Shown here: positions 47,596-61,518 of the stretch, in pieces
How positions within the stretch are numbered: the first letter of the stretch is position 1
Layout: each line of letters opens with the position of its first letter
Source of the DNA: the human T2T-CHM13v2.0 reference genome, Homo sapiens
Assembly: GCF_009914755.1 (NCBI RefSeq)
Contig: NC_060936.1
Reading direction: 5' to 3' (one strand)
Length of the DNA stretch: 64,000 nucleotides
Notes under the pieces: model-generated
Told to the model about the DNA's origin: nothing
The model's database searches: none
The model's input: only the letters and a program-made list of their open reading frames with translations
Program-made: the position numbers and the translations under genes

Positions 47596-49200
47596 ATGGG
47601 GCAAAGTGCAAGCAAACATACTGCTTATTTAAATTTCTTGAGGCATTTATTACAGAGAGGGGGAGTGAAGGTTAGTACTCAGAATTTGTTAACACTTTTC
47701 AGTACAGTAGAGCAGTTTTGTTCATGGTTCCCAGAACAAGGGACTATGGATTGGATGAATGGGACAGAATTGGAAGAGAGTTTAAAAAGGCGTATAAAGA
47801 TGGAGCAAAAATTCCAGTTTCTGTCTGGTCAGTGTGGGCATTAATAAAGGCAGCTCTTGAGCTATTTCAAACAGATGATGAGGCAGATTCAGAAAAGGAA
47901 GAGAAAGATGAGTGTAAAAAACTAACTTCAGATTCTGAATGCGAGGAGCAAAAACCAGAGGAAATTAAAGAAAAGAAAGGGAAACTGAAAAGGGTATGTT
48001 TTACTAGCCCATTGGCTCTGCCTGCTGAATTGAATGGCCACCTCCTCCCCATCCCTCTAATGGGCAAGAAGATGAATTAGCTGCAAAAGTTACCACTCCT
48101 GTAGTGGCAACATTAAAATTTGGAGCAATTGGTGGTGCTACACAAAATTCTATTCAAAAGGCTAGAGCTACGGGAGACCTTGAAGCATGGCATTTTCCAG
48201 TTACTATAACCCGGCAAGGAGGACAGAATATAACTAATTGGGCCACCTTTTCCCTTACATTGTTAAAGGAATTCGAGGAGGCCATTAGTCAATATGGGCC
48301 AAACTCTCCTTTTGTGCAAACTTTGCTAAAAAATATGGCTCTTGATAGTAGGTTAATACCACATGATTGGGATACTTTAACAAAATCTGTTCTGATTCCA
48401 TCTCAATACTTACAGTTTAAAACCTGGTGGGCGGATGAGGCTCAAACTCAGGCAAGGGAAAACATACAAGCACAGCCACCTGTGCCTGTTTCCTTTGAAC
48501 AGTTAATGGGGGTCGGCCCTAATTGGGGTCGATTAGAAAATCAAGCAGTAATGGAGGATGTTCTTCTGCACTTTGTGTGCTTACGGGCATGGGAAAGGAT
48601 AAATGTTACTGGAGAAAAATATCCTTCTTTCAGTTCTGTCCAACAGGGACCTAAAGAAGCATATATTGATTTTATTGCTTGGTTCCAAGAGGCTGTGTAT
48701 AAAGCCATAACTGATAAAACAGCTCAAAATGTTGTAATACAACTTCTTGCATATGATAATGCTAATGCAGAGTGTCAAAATGCTATTAGACCTATGAGAG
48801 GGAAGGCTCATTTGGCTGAATATATTAAAGCTTGTGATGGCATTGGAGGTAACTTACATTAAGTCTACTCTTTTATCTCAGGCTATGGCTGGATTAAAAG
48901 TCAGAAAAAATATGCCCCATTTTTCAGTTTCTTGTTTTAATTGTGGGCAATTTGGACATACAAAATAGGAATGTAAAAAAGGGAAGCAAAAGGCAAGAAC
49001 TACTATCATCAAACAACAGAAAAGCCCTGGTGTATGCCTTCATTGTAAAAAAGGCAATCACTGGGCAAATCAGTGTCACTCTAAATTTAGAAAAGATGGA
49101 CAACTTCTTTTGGGAAATGGGAAAAGGGGCCCGCCTTGGGCTGCTCAACAAACTGAGGCATATCCAGCACAGCCAATGCCGTTACAAACTTGCAATAATT
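47596..49200 (+). pseudogene. gag: HERV gag, frameshifted with stops
   Basis: MGQSASKH start, capsid (YGPNSPF, QGPKEAYIDF), two CCHC knuckles (CFNCGQFGH, CLHCKKGNHW). Confidence 0.9.
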
Positions 49201-49204
49201 GTTC

Positions 49205-50043
49205 CCACCACAGCAGGCAGTGCTGCCATAGACCTCTGCAGCACAATTCCCATCTCCCTACTTCCTGGAGAGCCACCAAAAAAGGTCCCCACAGGGGTTA
49301 GGGGCCCTTTACCCTCAGGAACAGTTGGTTTATTGCTTGGAAGATTTAGTTTAAATTTAAGAGGTGTCACTGTGCATACTGGAATAATTGATTCTGATTA
49401 TACTGGAGAGATTCAACTAGTTATTAGTTCCTCAACTCCATGGTCTGCTTCCCCACGAGAAAGAATTGCTCAGTTGCTGCTACTGCCTTACACAAAACTA
49501 GGGAGCAGCACAGTGAAAAGAACAGGAGTCTTTGGTAGTACTAATCCAGCAGGCAAGGCTGTATATTGGGTTAATCAAGTGTCTGACAAAACACCTATTT
49601 GTACAGTAACAATTCAGGGAAAGGACTTTGAAGGGCTAGTAGATACTGGAGCTAATGTTTCTATTATTGTTTTAAATCAATGGCCCCAACACTGGCCCAA
49701 ACAAAAGGCAAAGGCATTCATTGGTATTGCTGGAGTAGGAGTTGCTTCAGAAGTTTTTCAAAGTTCCTTGATTTTGCCATGTCTAGGGCCAGATGGCCAG
49801 GAAGGGACAATCCAACCTATTATTATACCTATTCCTGTCAGTGTATGGGGTAGAGACTTATTGCAACAATGGGGTGCTGAAATATCTATTCCTATGGACC
49901 AATATAGTAATAATAGTAAACTAATGATGAAAAATATGGGATATCTCCCAGGAAAAGAATTAGGAAAAAATGAAAGTGGCCAATTAGAATCTTTAGAATT
50001 AAAAGGGCAAACAGATTGAACCAAATTGGGGTATCATTTTTAG
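49205..50043 (+). pseudogene. pro: HERV pro: dUTPase, aspartic protease and G-patch
   Basis: GSAAIDL, GIIDSDYTGEI, RIAQL, LVDTGA, GRDLL, MGYLPGKELGK. Confidence 0.9.
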
Positions 50044-51720
50044 GAACAGCCATTGTTGAGCCTCCTGCTCCCAATCCTCTTGTTTGGCTAACTGCCAAAC
50101 TGATTTGGGTAGAGCAATGGCCACTGAAACAGGAAAAACTGGAGGCTTTAAAAGAATTGGTGCAGGAACAATTGCAAAAGGGACACATAGAGCCTACTTT
50201 CTCTCCTTGGAATTCTCCTGTGTTTGTCAGTAAGAAAAAATCAGGGAAATGGAGAATGTTAACAGATTTACAAGCTGTTAATGCTGTAATTCAACCCATG
50301 GGTGCACTGCAACCAAGGCTGCCCGCCCCCAGCCATGATTCCAAAAATACTAGCCTCTTATAGTAATAGATCTAAAGTATTGCTTTTTTGCCATTCCTTT
50401 AGCTACCCAAGATTATGAAAAATTTGCTTTTACTGTTCCTGCCATAAATAACAAAGAACCAGCAGACAGATACCATTGGAAAGTACTACCACAGGGCATG
50501 TTAAATAGCCCAACTATTTGTCAAACCTATGTTGGGAAAGTTATTAAGCCAGTTAGAGAACAGTTTTAAAAATGTTATAGTATTCATTACATGGATGATA
50601 TTCTATGTGCAGCTGAAACTAGGGAAGAATTAATGTTATGCTACAAACAGTTAGAAAAGACTATAACTGCAGCAGGGTTAATTATAGCCCCTGATAAAAT
50701 TCAAACTTCTACTCCCTTTCAATATTTAGGGATGAAAGTAGAACAAAGTACTATTAAGCCTCAAAAGGTTCAAATTCAAAGAGATAATTTAAAAACACTG
50801 AATGATTTTCAAAAATTACTGGGAGACATTAATTGGGTTCACCCCACTTTAGGTATTCCTACCTATGCTATGTCTCACCTCTTTTCTACTTTAAGAGGTG
50901 ATTCTAACCTTAACAGTAAACGTTCCCCATCCAAAGAAGAATTGGAGGAACTTCAGTTAAATGAAGAAAAAATTCAACAAGCTCAAGTGGAATGAATTGA
51001 TCCAGTGCAGCCATTACAGTTTTTAGTTTTTCCTACTAAGCATTCCCCTACAGGAGTTATTGTTCAACAAAATGATCTAGTTGAGTGGCTTTTTCTACCT
51101 CGCAATACAACTAAAACGCTCACTATATCTAGATCAAATTGCTGTGCTAATAATCAAGCAAGGCTGCACACAACAAAATTAATGGGATATGACCCAAATC
51201 TAATTATAGTTCCATTAACTAAACAACAAATTCAACAAGCTTATATTAATTCCCAGGAATAGCAAGTTAATTTGGCCAGTTTTATTGGCATTCTTGATAA
51301 TCATTATCCTAAGTCTAAAATCTTCCAGTGTCTAAAATTGACATCATGGATATTGCCTTCCATTACTCAAAAAGCCCTTATTGAAGGGGCCATTACTGTT
51401 TTTACTGATGGGTCTAGTAATGGAAAAGCCTCATTTGTAGGACCTCAACAACAAGTTTTCAAACTGACTTTGCTCCTGCTCAAAGGGCTGAACTTATGGC
51501 TGTGGTAACAGTGTTGAAAACTTTTAAACAGCCGGTAAACATTGTTTCTGATTCAGCTTATGTGGTGCAAGTCACGCAAAATATTGAATGTGCCTTAATT
51601 TGGAAGGTAACTGATGACCAACTTAATCTTTTATTTCATTCTTTGCAGCAAGCAGTACAACAAGGACATTCCCCTTTCTATATTACTCATATAAGAGCAC
51701 ATACTAACCTCCCTGGTCCC
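50030..51720 (+). pseudogene. pol: HERV pol: RT and RNase H, integrase absent
   Basis: [24 protein letters not shown] (50588), [19 protein letters not shown]. Confidence 0.9.
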
Positions 51721-52004
51721 ACTTTATGCCTTAACCTGCCTTTTCTCATTCCTTTGACTCCACCAGACTCCATCGCCCCCATGGCCTGGTGTTTGATCTG
51801 ATCACCCCAACAGCTATAAGCCTAAAACTTTTCTAAAATATAAAATTTATTTTAAAAAATAGATAGTGGACCACATTGCTGTGAGGCTGAAAGCCAAATA
51901 AATTTATAGTCACATTATTCAGGGTGAGGAAAATGCTAAATCTTTTTGGTTAGTGCTGGCTAAGTCACATGTTTTGAAAGGCAATACAGTATGAAAAGTG
52001 TTAA

Positions 52005-52312
52005 GCCAGGTGCAGTGGCTCATGCCTGTAATCCCAGCACTTGAGAGGCCGAGGTGAGCAGATCACCTGTAGTCAGGAGTTCGAGACCAGCCTGGCCAAC
52101 ATGGTGAAACCCCGTCTCTACTAAAAATACAAAAAAAATTAGCTGGGCTTGGTGGCACATGCCTGTAATACCAGCTACTCAGGAGGCTGAAGCACTAGAA
52201 TTGCTTGAACTTGGAGACAGAGGTTGCAGTGAGCCAAGATCGCATCACTGCACTCCAGCTTTGGCTACTGAGCAAGACTCTGTCTTCTGTCTCAAAAAAA
52301 AGAGAGAGAAAA
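52005..52312 (+). mobile_element. AluS inside the Tigger element
   Basis: Alu dimer. Confidence 0.93.
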
Positions 52313-53699
52313 AAGTATTACATGTGCAGGTGATACAGGTTCAGAGGGTAAGGAAGCTACGGATAAATTTTTAGAATACATGCTAAGCGTTATATGTGAA
52401 AAGAGTTGCGTATAACAGTAAGTGTTCAACACTGATGAGACTGGTTTCTTTCACAAGGACATTGGCAAATGAACCTATATAATGCAAATGACCTTCAAAG
52501 CCCTGTTTTTAAATCATGCAAAGACTGTGCAAATAATTCTTTGTAAGAAATATGTATTAAATAAAGTGTCTTTAAACAGAAGCACACATAAAACAAGGTT
52601 ATCTATTAATCATTTGATGAAACTGTGACCAGAGATTTGCAGGAACCTAACCTTGTATTTCCGCAAGGAGCGATGGTTCTATATTCACTAATTTAATGTT
52701 CACAACACCTTTATAGAACATAACTACCATAAATAATTATAACTAACTGTATTTATAATTGTTCAAAACTGGAAGTAAGCAAGATGTTCTTCAATAAGTT
52801 AATGGATGACAAACTGTGGTACATCCATACAATGGAATGCCATTCAGCAATAAAAAGAAATGAGCTATCGGGCCATGAAAAGAGACATGGATGAATCTTA
52901 AATGCATATTGGTAAGTGAAAGAAACCAGTGTGAAAAGGCTACAACCTGTATGATTATATGACCTTTTGGAAAAGGCAAAACTATACAGAAAGTAAAAAT
53001 ATTACTGGTTGCTAAGAGTTCATGGGGAAGTGGAAGAAAATTGAATAGGTGAATCACTGGGATTTTTTAGGGCAGTGAAACTGTTCTGTATGATACTATC
53101 ATTGTGGTTACATGACACTATGCACCTGCCAAGGCCCATTAAACTATGTAGCAAAAAAGAATGAACCTACATGTATGCAAATTTAAAATATATCTTTTAG
53201 GAGACTGGGGGAATCCCAGGTTTGAATGCTGAATTCACGTCACTGAAGTGGTTAGGGGGAAAAGGTATAGATGTAAATACCTTTGGAAATAAGTAGAGTC
53301 TGTAAGACTAAAGGCAAAAGCACCTGTACATGAGAACTGTATTCTAGTTAATAAACTTGTTTTCCAGAGGGGGAATAGGTTAACAATTCTGATACTGCCA
53401 TTCATGTATATGTGAACAATTAAGTAAATAGATGGCAGATGGTGAAAGATAGATTTCTCTCACTGTTGAAATGGGAGAAGGCTGGAAGTATCTATGTAAT
53501 AATAGATTAGAGTTGGAAATGTCAGAATGAACTCATGTTTAACTTAACACAACTAGAGATGATTACATAAAGGAATATTTATAGATATGCGTATATACAC
53601 AAGTACATATGCACACATGTATTTCCTGCTCTCAATTGAGAGGGCCTGGAGCAATGACATCCCAGTAACAATCACATCTAGCACCCAAATCTTGGGTTT

Positions 53700-55480
53700 T
53701 TTTCACTTTTCCTTTTTGTAATTTGTAATTTGTCATTTTTATTAGTACATAGTAGGTGTACATATTTATGTATTACATGAGATATTTTGATACATGCTTG
53801 CAGTGTGTAATAATCACATCAGGGTAAATGGGGTATCTGTCACCTTAAGCATTTATTCTTTATGTTACAAACAATCCAATTATACTCTTAGTTATTTTTA
53901 AATGTACAATTAAATAATTTTTTACAGGCCAGGTGCAGTGGTTCACACCTATAATCCCAGCACTTTGGGAAGCCAAAGTGAGTGGATCGCTTGAGCCCAG
54001 GAGTTCAAGACCAGCCTGGGCAACATCGTAAAACTCTATGTCCACAAAAAAAAAAAAAATTAGCTGGGTGTGGTAGTATGCACTTGTAGTCCCAGCTACT
54101 CAGGAGGCTGAGGCAGGAGGATCCATTGGGCCTGGGAGATTGAGGCTGCAGTGAGCCATGGTCATGACAGAACAACCACCCCGTCTCAAAAAGAATTTTA
54201 TTTTTTTACCATAGCCACCTGTTGTGCTAGCAAATACTAGATGTTATTTCTTACTATTTTTTGTACCCATTAACCATCCCCAATTCCACCCCACCCCCCA
54301 ACTACCTTTTACAGCCTCTAATAACCATCCTTCTACTCTCTATCTCCATGAGTTCAATTGTTTTAATTTCTAGTTCTGACAAATAAGTGCAAACATGAGA
54401 AGTTTGTCTTTCTATGCCTCATTTATTTCACTTAATATAATGACCTTCAATTCTATCCATGTTGTTGCAAATGACGGGATCTTATTCTTTTTTGTGGCTG
54501 AATAATACTCCATTGTGTATATGTATCACATTTTCTTTATCCATTCATCTGTTGATGGACACTTAGGTTGCTTCCAAATCTTGGCTGTTGTGAATAGTGC
54601 TGCAATAATCATGGGAGTGCAGGTATGTCTTTGATATACTAATTTTCTTTCTTTTCAGTATATACCCAGCAGTGGGATTGCTGGATCATATGGTAGCTCT
54701 ATTTTTAGTTTTTTGAGAAACTTCCAAACTATTCTCCATAGTGGTTGTGCTAACTTACATTCCCATCAACAATGTACAAAGGTTCCCTTTTCTCCACATC
54801 CTCACCAGCATTTGTTATTACCCGTCTTTTGGATAAAAGCCATTTTAATTGGAGTAAGATAATATCACATTGTAGTTTTTGCATTTCTCTGATGATCAAT
54901 AATGTTGAGCACCTTATACCTGTTTGCCATTTATGTCTTCTTTTGAGAAATGTCTATTCAGCCCTTTTGCCCATTTTTTAGTCAGAGTATTGGATTTTTT
55001 CCTATGGAATTGTTTGAGCTCCTTATACATTCTTGTTATTAATTCCCTGTCAGATGGGTAGCTTGCAAATATTTTCTCCCATTCTGTGGGTTATCTCTTC
55101 TCTTTTTTATTTTTCCTTTGCTGTCCAGGAGTTTTTTAAATTGATGTGATCCCATTTGTCCTTTTTTGCTCTGGTTGCCTGTGCTGGTTGTGTATCACTC
55201 AGGAAATCTTTGCCCACTCAAATGTCCTGGAGAATTTCCTCAATGTTGTCTTTTAGTAGTTTCATAGTTTGAGGTCGTAGATTTAAGTCTTTGATCTACT
55301 TTTTATTTTTTGTATATGGTGAGAGATGGAGATCTAGTTTCATTCTTCTGCATAAAGATATCCAGTTTTCCCAGCACCATTTATTGAAGAAAATGTATGT
55401 TTCCCTAATGTATGTTCTTGGCACCTTCATGAAACATGAGTTCACTGTAGATGTATAGATTTATTTCTGAGTTTTCTAAA
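53700..55480 (-). mobile_element. L1MA-type 3' fragment containing an AluJ (53927-54192, +)
   Basis: TACATGAGATATTTTGATAC...AATAATCACATCAGGGTAAATGGGGTATC is an L1MA 3'UTR motif. Confidence 0.8.
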
Positions 55481-56702
55481 ACAAAAATTCATTCTAAGAG
55501 AGTGGATAAACTGGCAACAACCAACACAGACTAGTTTTAATATATCTATGTTGTCAATCAAATGGATAAGATAATCATTGACTACAATATATTAGGGATG
55601 GTAAAAGAAAGGAAGAAAATATCTCCAAAAGAATAAATATAATTAGTAAATAAACATAGTAAATGTATTATCAGTAATAACAAAAGAAATATTAATTCAC
55701 AATAATTAATATCATTTCGTACTTTTCAAACTAGTACCATATTTTTTAAGCCAGTGGTATTTAATGCAGGGGAGAAACAGTTGTTTACCTCAGTTCTGGT
55801 ATCAGAGTAAACTGGCCAACCCTTTTGGAAGGCAATCTGTCAGTGTATGACAGGAGTCTTACCAATATTTTTACCCATTAACCCACCAGTTCCATTTCAG
55901 GAGTGATTTTAAATACCAAAGAAATGACCAGTACAAAGGAGTTTAATATAATGTTGTTTATAAGCATGAAAGTCCAACTTTACTGTTCTAAACAATGTAA
56001 GGAAATAAATTATAAAAATGTAACAATGAAAAATGCCTAATGACATGCTTAGGAAATTGCTCAGCAAACTTTGGAGAAAATGCTTAATAGAACATTAAAA
56101 TAACCAAAACTGTCTTTCACTATGTATGTAAATTATTATGGAAAAATTATTATAAAATTAAGCAGACAAAGCTAGATACAATTGTGCAGAGTGGATGACT
56201 GTTACAGTCAAAAAGCAGAATATTATAAAAGACATTGATTTGGACTTATCTTTTGTGCTCGATTTTATAATAGGGCTCACAGAGAAATAGATGCAAAAAG
56301 TTCTATATTTTAAAAGATGTTGCCAACAATTTTGGCCAGACATGTTTTCCCTGGACTTATTAATAGATGTTAGAACAGATATGTTATCATTAGCCACCAC
56401 ACCACACCTGCATCCCAATGTGTACAGGAAATCTAAGAAGACAGGGAGTCTACGATGTTCTCATTCTGTGGAAAAGTGCAACATTCAACTCGGTCACAAA
56501 ATTGTTCCCCATATGTTCCTCTCCATGCCTGAATTATAGAAATGTCTGAAACTCTGGTAGAATAAAATATCATTCTTCTATTTGTGGACATTTGATAATT
56601 TAAACATATTATTTAAATTGGAAAATGAAGAACCTTGCTAGTGTTATAGAATCTCAGTGATTATTACATTTTAAATAGAGAAAAATAAATAAAATGGACC
56701 TG

Positions 56703-57440
<738 letters not shown>

Positions 57441-57835
57441 TACAAAATTTTGATATACACATACTAAGTCCACTGGCAACAGAGTAATACCTCATTACAC
57501 AGAAACAAATGTATGGTAGATACTAAAACTGATAAGGCCCTATAATATAAAATATAGCCAAATATGAAAAAAAACAGCTTAAAAGGAATAAATTATTCAA
57601 AAAATCATGCTTAATATATCAATGTCTACTTGTTGATAAGCACTTTTTAGAATATGATGTCCAGGAGAAAATGCCTGGTGGATAATTTCAGTGGTTAATA
57701 ATCCCTGAAATTATCAAATTACACAAAGGAGAACTATATACCAAGGTATTACAAGGAACAGTATGTTTCTATGCAGAATTTGTGTTATGACTGCATGAAC
57801 GTATCATAAGAGAAATTTTCTATCAGCGAAAAGGA

Positions 57836-58133
<298 letters not shown>

Positions 58134-58964
58134 CCCAGGATGTATTTAATGCTAACTCAAACCTTTCTCAGGCCTTTTTTTACAAGCTCACCTCATTCCA
58201 ATTGACCATAATCACAACTTTTCTTACTCTTCTTGTCATTGATGTTCCCCATGTAATCCCTCTTCTCAACTGCTACTAAAAATCAAACCGCCAAACAAAA
58301 CATTCAGTGAGCATTATAACTGTAAACAACAGAAGGTGCCTTCCATGAATAATAGAATGTTTCTGTCTTGCATTCCTGGACTTAAGGTGAGGCACAGGCT
58401 ACAACTCCAGGGGCAGGGCTTCCTTAAAATCAAAGCCTGGGCACAGGGGTGGCCTGTTGTAATCATTCTACTTGGGTGCTGGTTATAGTCAGTGTACTGG
58501 TATCACATGGATGACCATGATTGAGAGAAAGATACCAGAAGGCACAGGTAAAGTCCCTATAATGGAAAAAGAAAAGGGTAAGGCAGCATAACTGCACAAA
58601 GGCAGCCCTATGCCTCCAAGGTTCAGCAGAGCTCCTCACATCACAGGGCTATTCCCTGCAACTTCAATGTTCTCACTCAGTTAACCATATTTTCTGACCA
58701 CGTTGAGGATTCCATCTGGTCTTCAGAAGGCTAGAGAATCTGGTTACTTATAAGCTGACCCATTAAGGATTAATCGCTGTTAATAATCCCAGTACCAAAC
58801 TGCCATCACACTATTTCAAAAAATTTTTGTAGGAAATTCTGCAAGAGAGATGACCAAAGAGGCAACATAAATGATTGAGAGAGATCTTCAAAGCTAACAG
58901 TTGATCTATTTTTAATTTAACCTACTTTTCTATGTATTTTTATTATTGCAGGAACAACAATGTA

Positions 58965-59839
58965 TTTTTTTTTCTTTTTTTATTTTATTTTATTTTATTT
59001 ATTTAATTTTATTATTATACTTTAAGTTCTAGGGTAGTTGTGCACAACGTGCAGGTTTATTACATACGTATACATGTGCCATGTTGGTTTGCTGTACCCA
59101 TTAACTCATTAGGTTCATTTACATTAGGTATTTCTCCTAATGCTATCCCTCCCCCTGCCCCCCACCCCATGACAGGCCCCTATATGTGATGTTCCCTGCC
59201 CTGTGACCAAGTGTTCTCATTGTTCAATTCCCACCTATGAGTGAGAACATGTGGTGTTTGGTTTTCTGTCCTTGTGATAGTTTGCTCAGAATGATGGTTT
59301 CCAGCTTCATCCATGTCCCTGCAAAGGATGTGAACTCATCCTTTTTTATGCCTGCATAGTATTCCATAGTGTATATGTGCCACATTTTCTTAATCCAGTC
59401 TATAATTGATGGACATTTGGGTTGGTTCCAAGTTTTTGCTATTATGAATAGTGCCGCAATAAGCATATGTGTGCATGTGTCTTTATAGTAGCATGATTTA
59501 TAATCCTTTCAGTAGATACCCAGTAATGTGATCACTGGGTCAAATGGTATTTCTAGTTCTAGATCCCTGAGGAATCGCCACACTGTCTTCCACAATGGTT
59601 GAACTAGTTTACACTCCCACCAACAATGTAAAAGTGTTCCTATTTCTCCACATCCCCTCCAGCATCTGTTGTTTCCTGACTTTTTAATGACCGCCATTCT
59701 AACTGGTATGAGATGGTATCTCATTGTGGTTTTGATTTGCATTTTTCTGATGACCAGTGATGATGAGCATTTTTTCATGTGTCTGTTGGCTACATAAATG
59801 TCTTCTTTTGAGAAGTGTCTGTTCATATCCTTTGCCCAC
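58965..59839 (-). mobile_element. L1 3' fragment (L1PA6-like) directly abutting the SVA tail
   Basis: Poly-T, TTATTATACTTTAAGTTCTAGGG, ORF2 C-terminal peptides on the minus strand. Confidence 0.9.
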
Positions 59840-61518
59840 TTTTTTTTTTTTAATTGATCATTCTTGGGTGTTTCTCACAGAGGGGGATTTGGCAGGGTCA
59901 TAGGACAATAGTGGAGGGAAGGTCAGCAGATAAACAAGTGAACAAAGGTCTCTGATTTTCCTAGGCAGAGGACCCTGGGGCCTTCCGCAGTGTTTGTGTC
60001 CCTGGGTACTTGAGATTAGGGAGTGGTGATGACTCTTAACGAGCATGCTGCCTTCAAGCATCTGTTTAACAAAGCACATCTTGCACCGCCCTTAATCCAT
60101 TTAACCCTGAGTGGACACAGCACATGTTTCAGAGAGCACCGGGTTGGGGGCAAGGTCATAGATCAACAGCATCCCAAGGCAGAAGAATTTTTCTTAGTAC
60201 AGAACAAAATGGAGTCTCCTATGTCTACTTCTTTCTACACAGACACAGCAACAATCTGATTTCCCTATCTTTTCCCCACATTTCCCCCTTTTCTATTTGA
60301 CAAAACTGCCATCGTCATCATGGCCCGTTTTTAATGAGCTGTTGGGTACACCCCCCAGACGGGGAGGCGGCCAGGCAGAGGGGCTCCTCACTTCCCAGAA
60401 GGGGCGGCCGGGCAGAGGTGCCCCCCACCTCCCGGACGGGGCAGTGGCCGGGCAGAGGCACCCCCCACCTCCCTCCCTGACGGGGCAGCTGGCCGGCCAG
60501 GGGCTGACCCCCCGCCTCCCTCCCAGACGGGGCGGCTGGCTGGGTGGAGTCTGACCCCCACCTCCCTCCTGGACAGGGTGGCTGGCCAGGTGGGGGCTGC
60601 CCCCCCACCTCTCGGATGGGGCGGCTGCTGGGTGGAGGGGCTCCTCACTTCTCAGACGGGGCAGCTGCCGGGCGGAGGGGCTCCTCACTTCTCAGACTGG
60701 GCGGCCGGGCAGAGACGCTCCTCACCTCCCAGACAGGGTCGTGGCCGGGCAGAGGCGCTTCTCACATCCCAGACAGGGCGGCGGGGCAGAGGCGCTCACC
60801 ACATCTCAAACGATGGGCGGCCAGGCAGAGACGCTCCTCACTTCCTAGACGGGATGGCAGCCGGGAAGAGGCACTCCTCACTTCCCAGACTGGGCAGCCG
60901 GGCAGAGGGGCTCCTCACATCCCAGATGATGGGCGGCCAGGCAGAGACACTCCTCACTTCCCAGACTGGGTGGCAGCCGGGCAGAGGCTGCAATCTCCGC
61001 ACTTTGGGAGGCCAAGGCAGGAGGCTGGGAGGTGGAGATTGTAGCAAGCCGAGATCACGCCACTGCACTCCAGCCTGGGCAACATTGAGCACTGAGTGAA
61101 CGAGACTCCATCTGCAATCCCGGCACCTCAGGAGGCCGAGGCTGGCAGATCACTCCCGGTTAGGAGCTGGAGACCAGCCCGGCCAACACAGCGAAACCCC
61201 ATCTCCATCAAAAAAATACGAAAACCAATCAGGCGTGGCGGCGCGTGCCTGCAATCGCAGGCACTGGGCAGGTTGAGGCAGGAGAATCAGGCAGGGAGGT
61301 TGCAGTGAGCAGAGATGGCGGCAGTACAGTCCAGCTTCGGCTCGGCTCGGCATCAGAGGGAGACCGTGGAAAGAGAGGGAGAGGGAGACCGTGGAAAGAG
61401 AGGGAGAGGGAGACCGTGGAAAGAGAGGGAGAGGGAGACCGTGGAAAGAGAGGGAGAGGGAGACCGTGGAAAGAGAGGGAGAGGGAGACGTGGGGAGAGG
61501 GAGAGGGAGAGGGAGAGC
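59840..61518 (-). mobile_element. Full-length SVA (SVA_B-like)
   Basis: SINE-R with older diagnostics (AAAATGGAGTCTCCT, CAGCATCCC), short VNTR, Alu-like domain, hexamer head. Confidence 0.95.
61356..61480. repeat. 5 x 25-bp perfect tandem repeat GAGGGAGACCGTGGAAAGAGAGGGA
   Basis: Direct count. Confidence 0.95.

Larger units (their letters stand above)
46849..51812 (+). mobile_element. Defective betaretrovirus-like provirus HERV-K14/HML-1 (LTR14B-type): 5'LTR-gag-pro-pol with a 3'LTR remnant
   Basis: 5'LTR 46849-47447 (TG...CA); Lys PBS; gag, dUTPase-PR, RT and RNase H motifs; 3'LTR tail 51712-51812. TSD GCTATG / GCTATA. Confidence 0.9.
44639..51860 (+). mobile_element. L1MC1-like 5'-truncated L1, interrupted near its 3' end by a HERV
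   Basis: ORF2 to 3'UTR (AATGTAAACTATAGATTTTGGGTGATAATGATG). TSD AAAATGCATAGTG / AAAATAGATAGTG. Confidence 0.75.
44027..52749 (+). mobile_element. TcMar-Tigger element (MER82-related), split; pieces 44027-44638 and 51856-52749
   Basis: TA|CAGTCAATC ... AACTAACTG|TA termini; MER82-like ends; degenerate transposase N-terminus (MVPKHSA.VLSS..K). Confidence 0.7.
43200..53700 (+). mobile_element. L1MC3-like host element (pieces 43200-44026 and 52750-53700)
   Basis: L1 sequence GGCAGCTT|TA|TTTATAATTG rejoins across the nested insertions; L1MC-type 3'UTR. Confidence 0.7.

Noticed and set aside
48943-50019. 358-aa stop-free ORF spanning dUTPase, protease and G-patch as a domesticated gene
   Set aside because: The first ~88 codons are out-of-frame gag and the true pro frame has stops and a frameshift just upstream. 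Key motifs are damaged (RFS for RSS, GVFGST for GGFGST, DTGAN for DTGAD).
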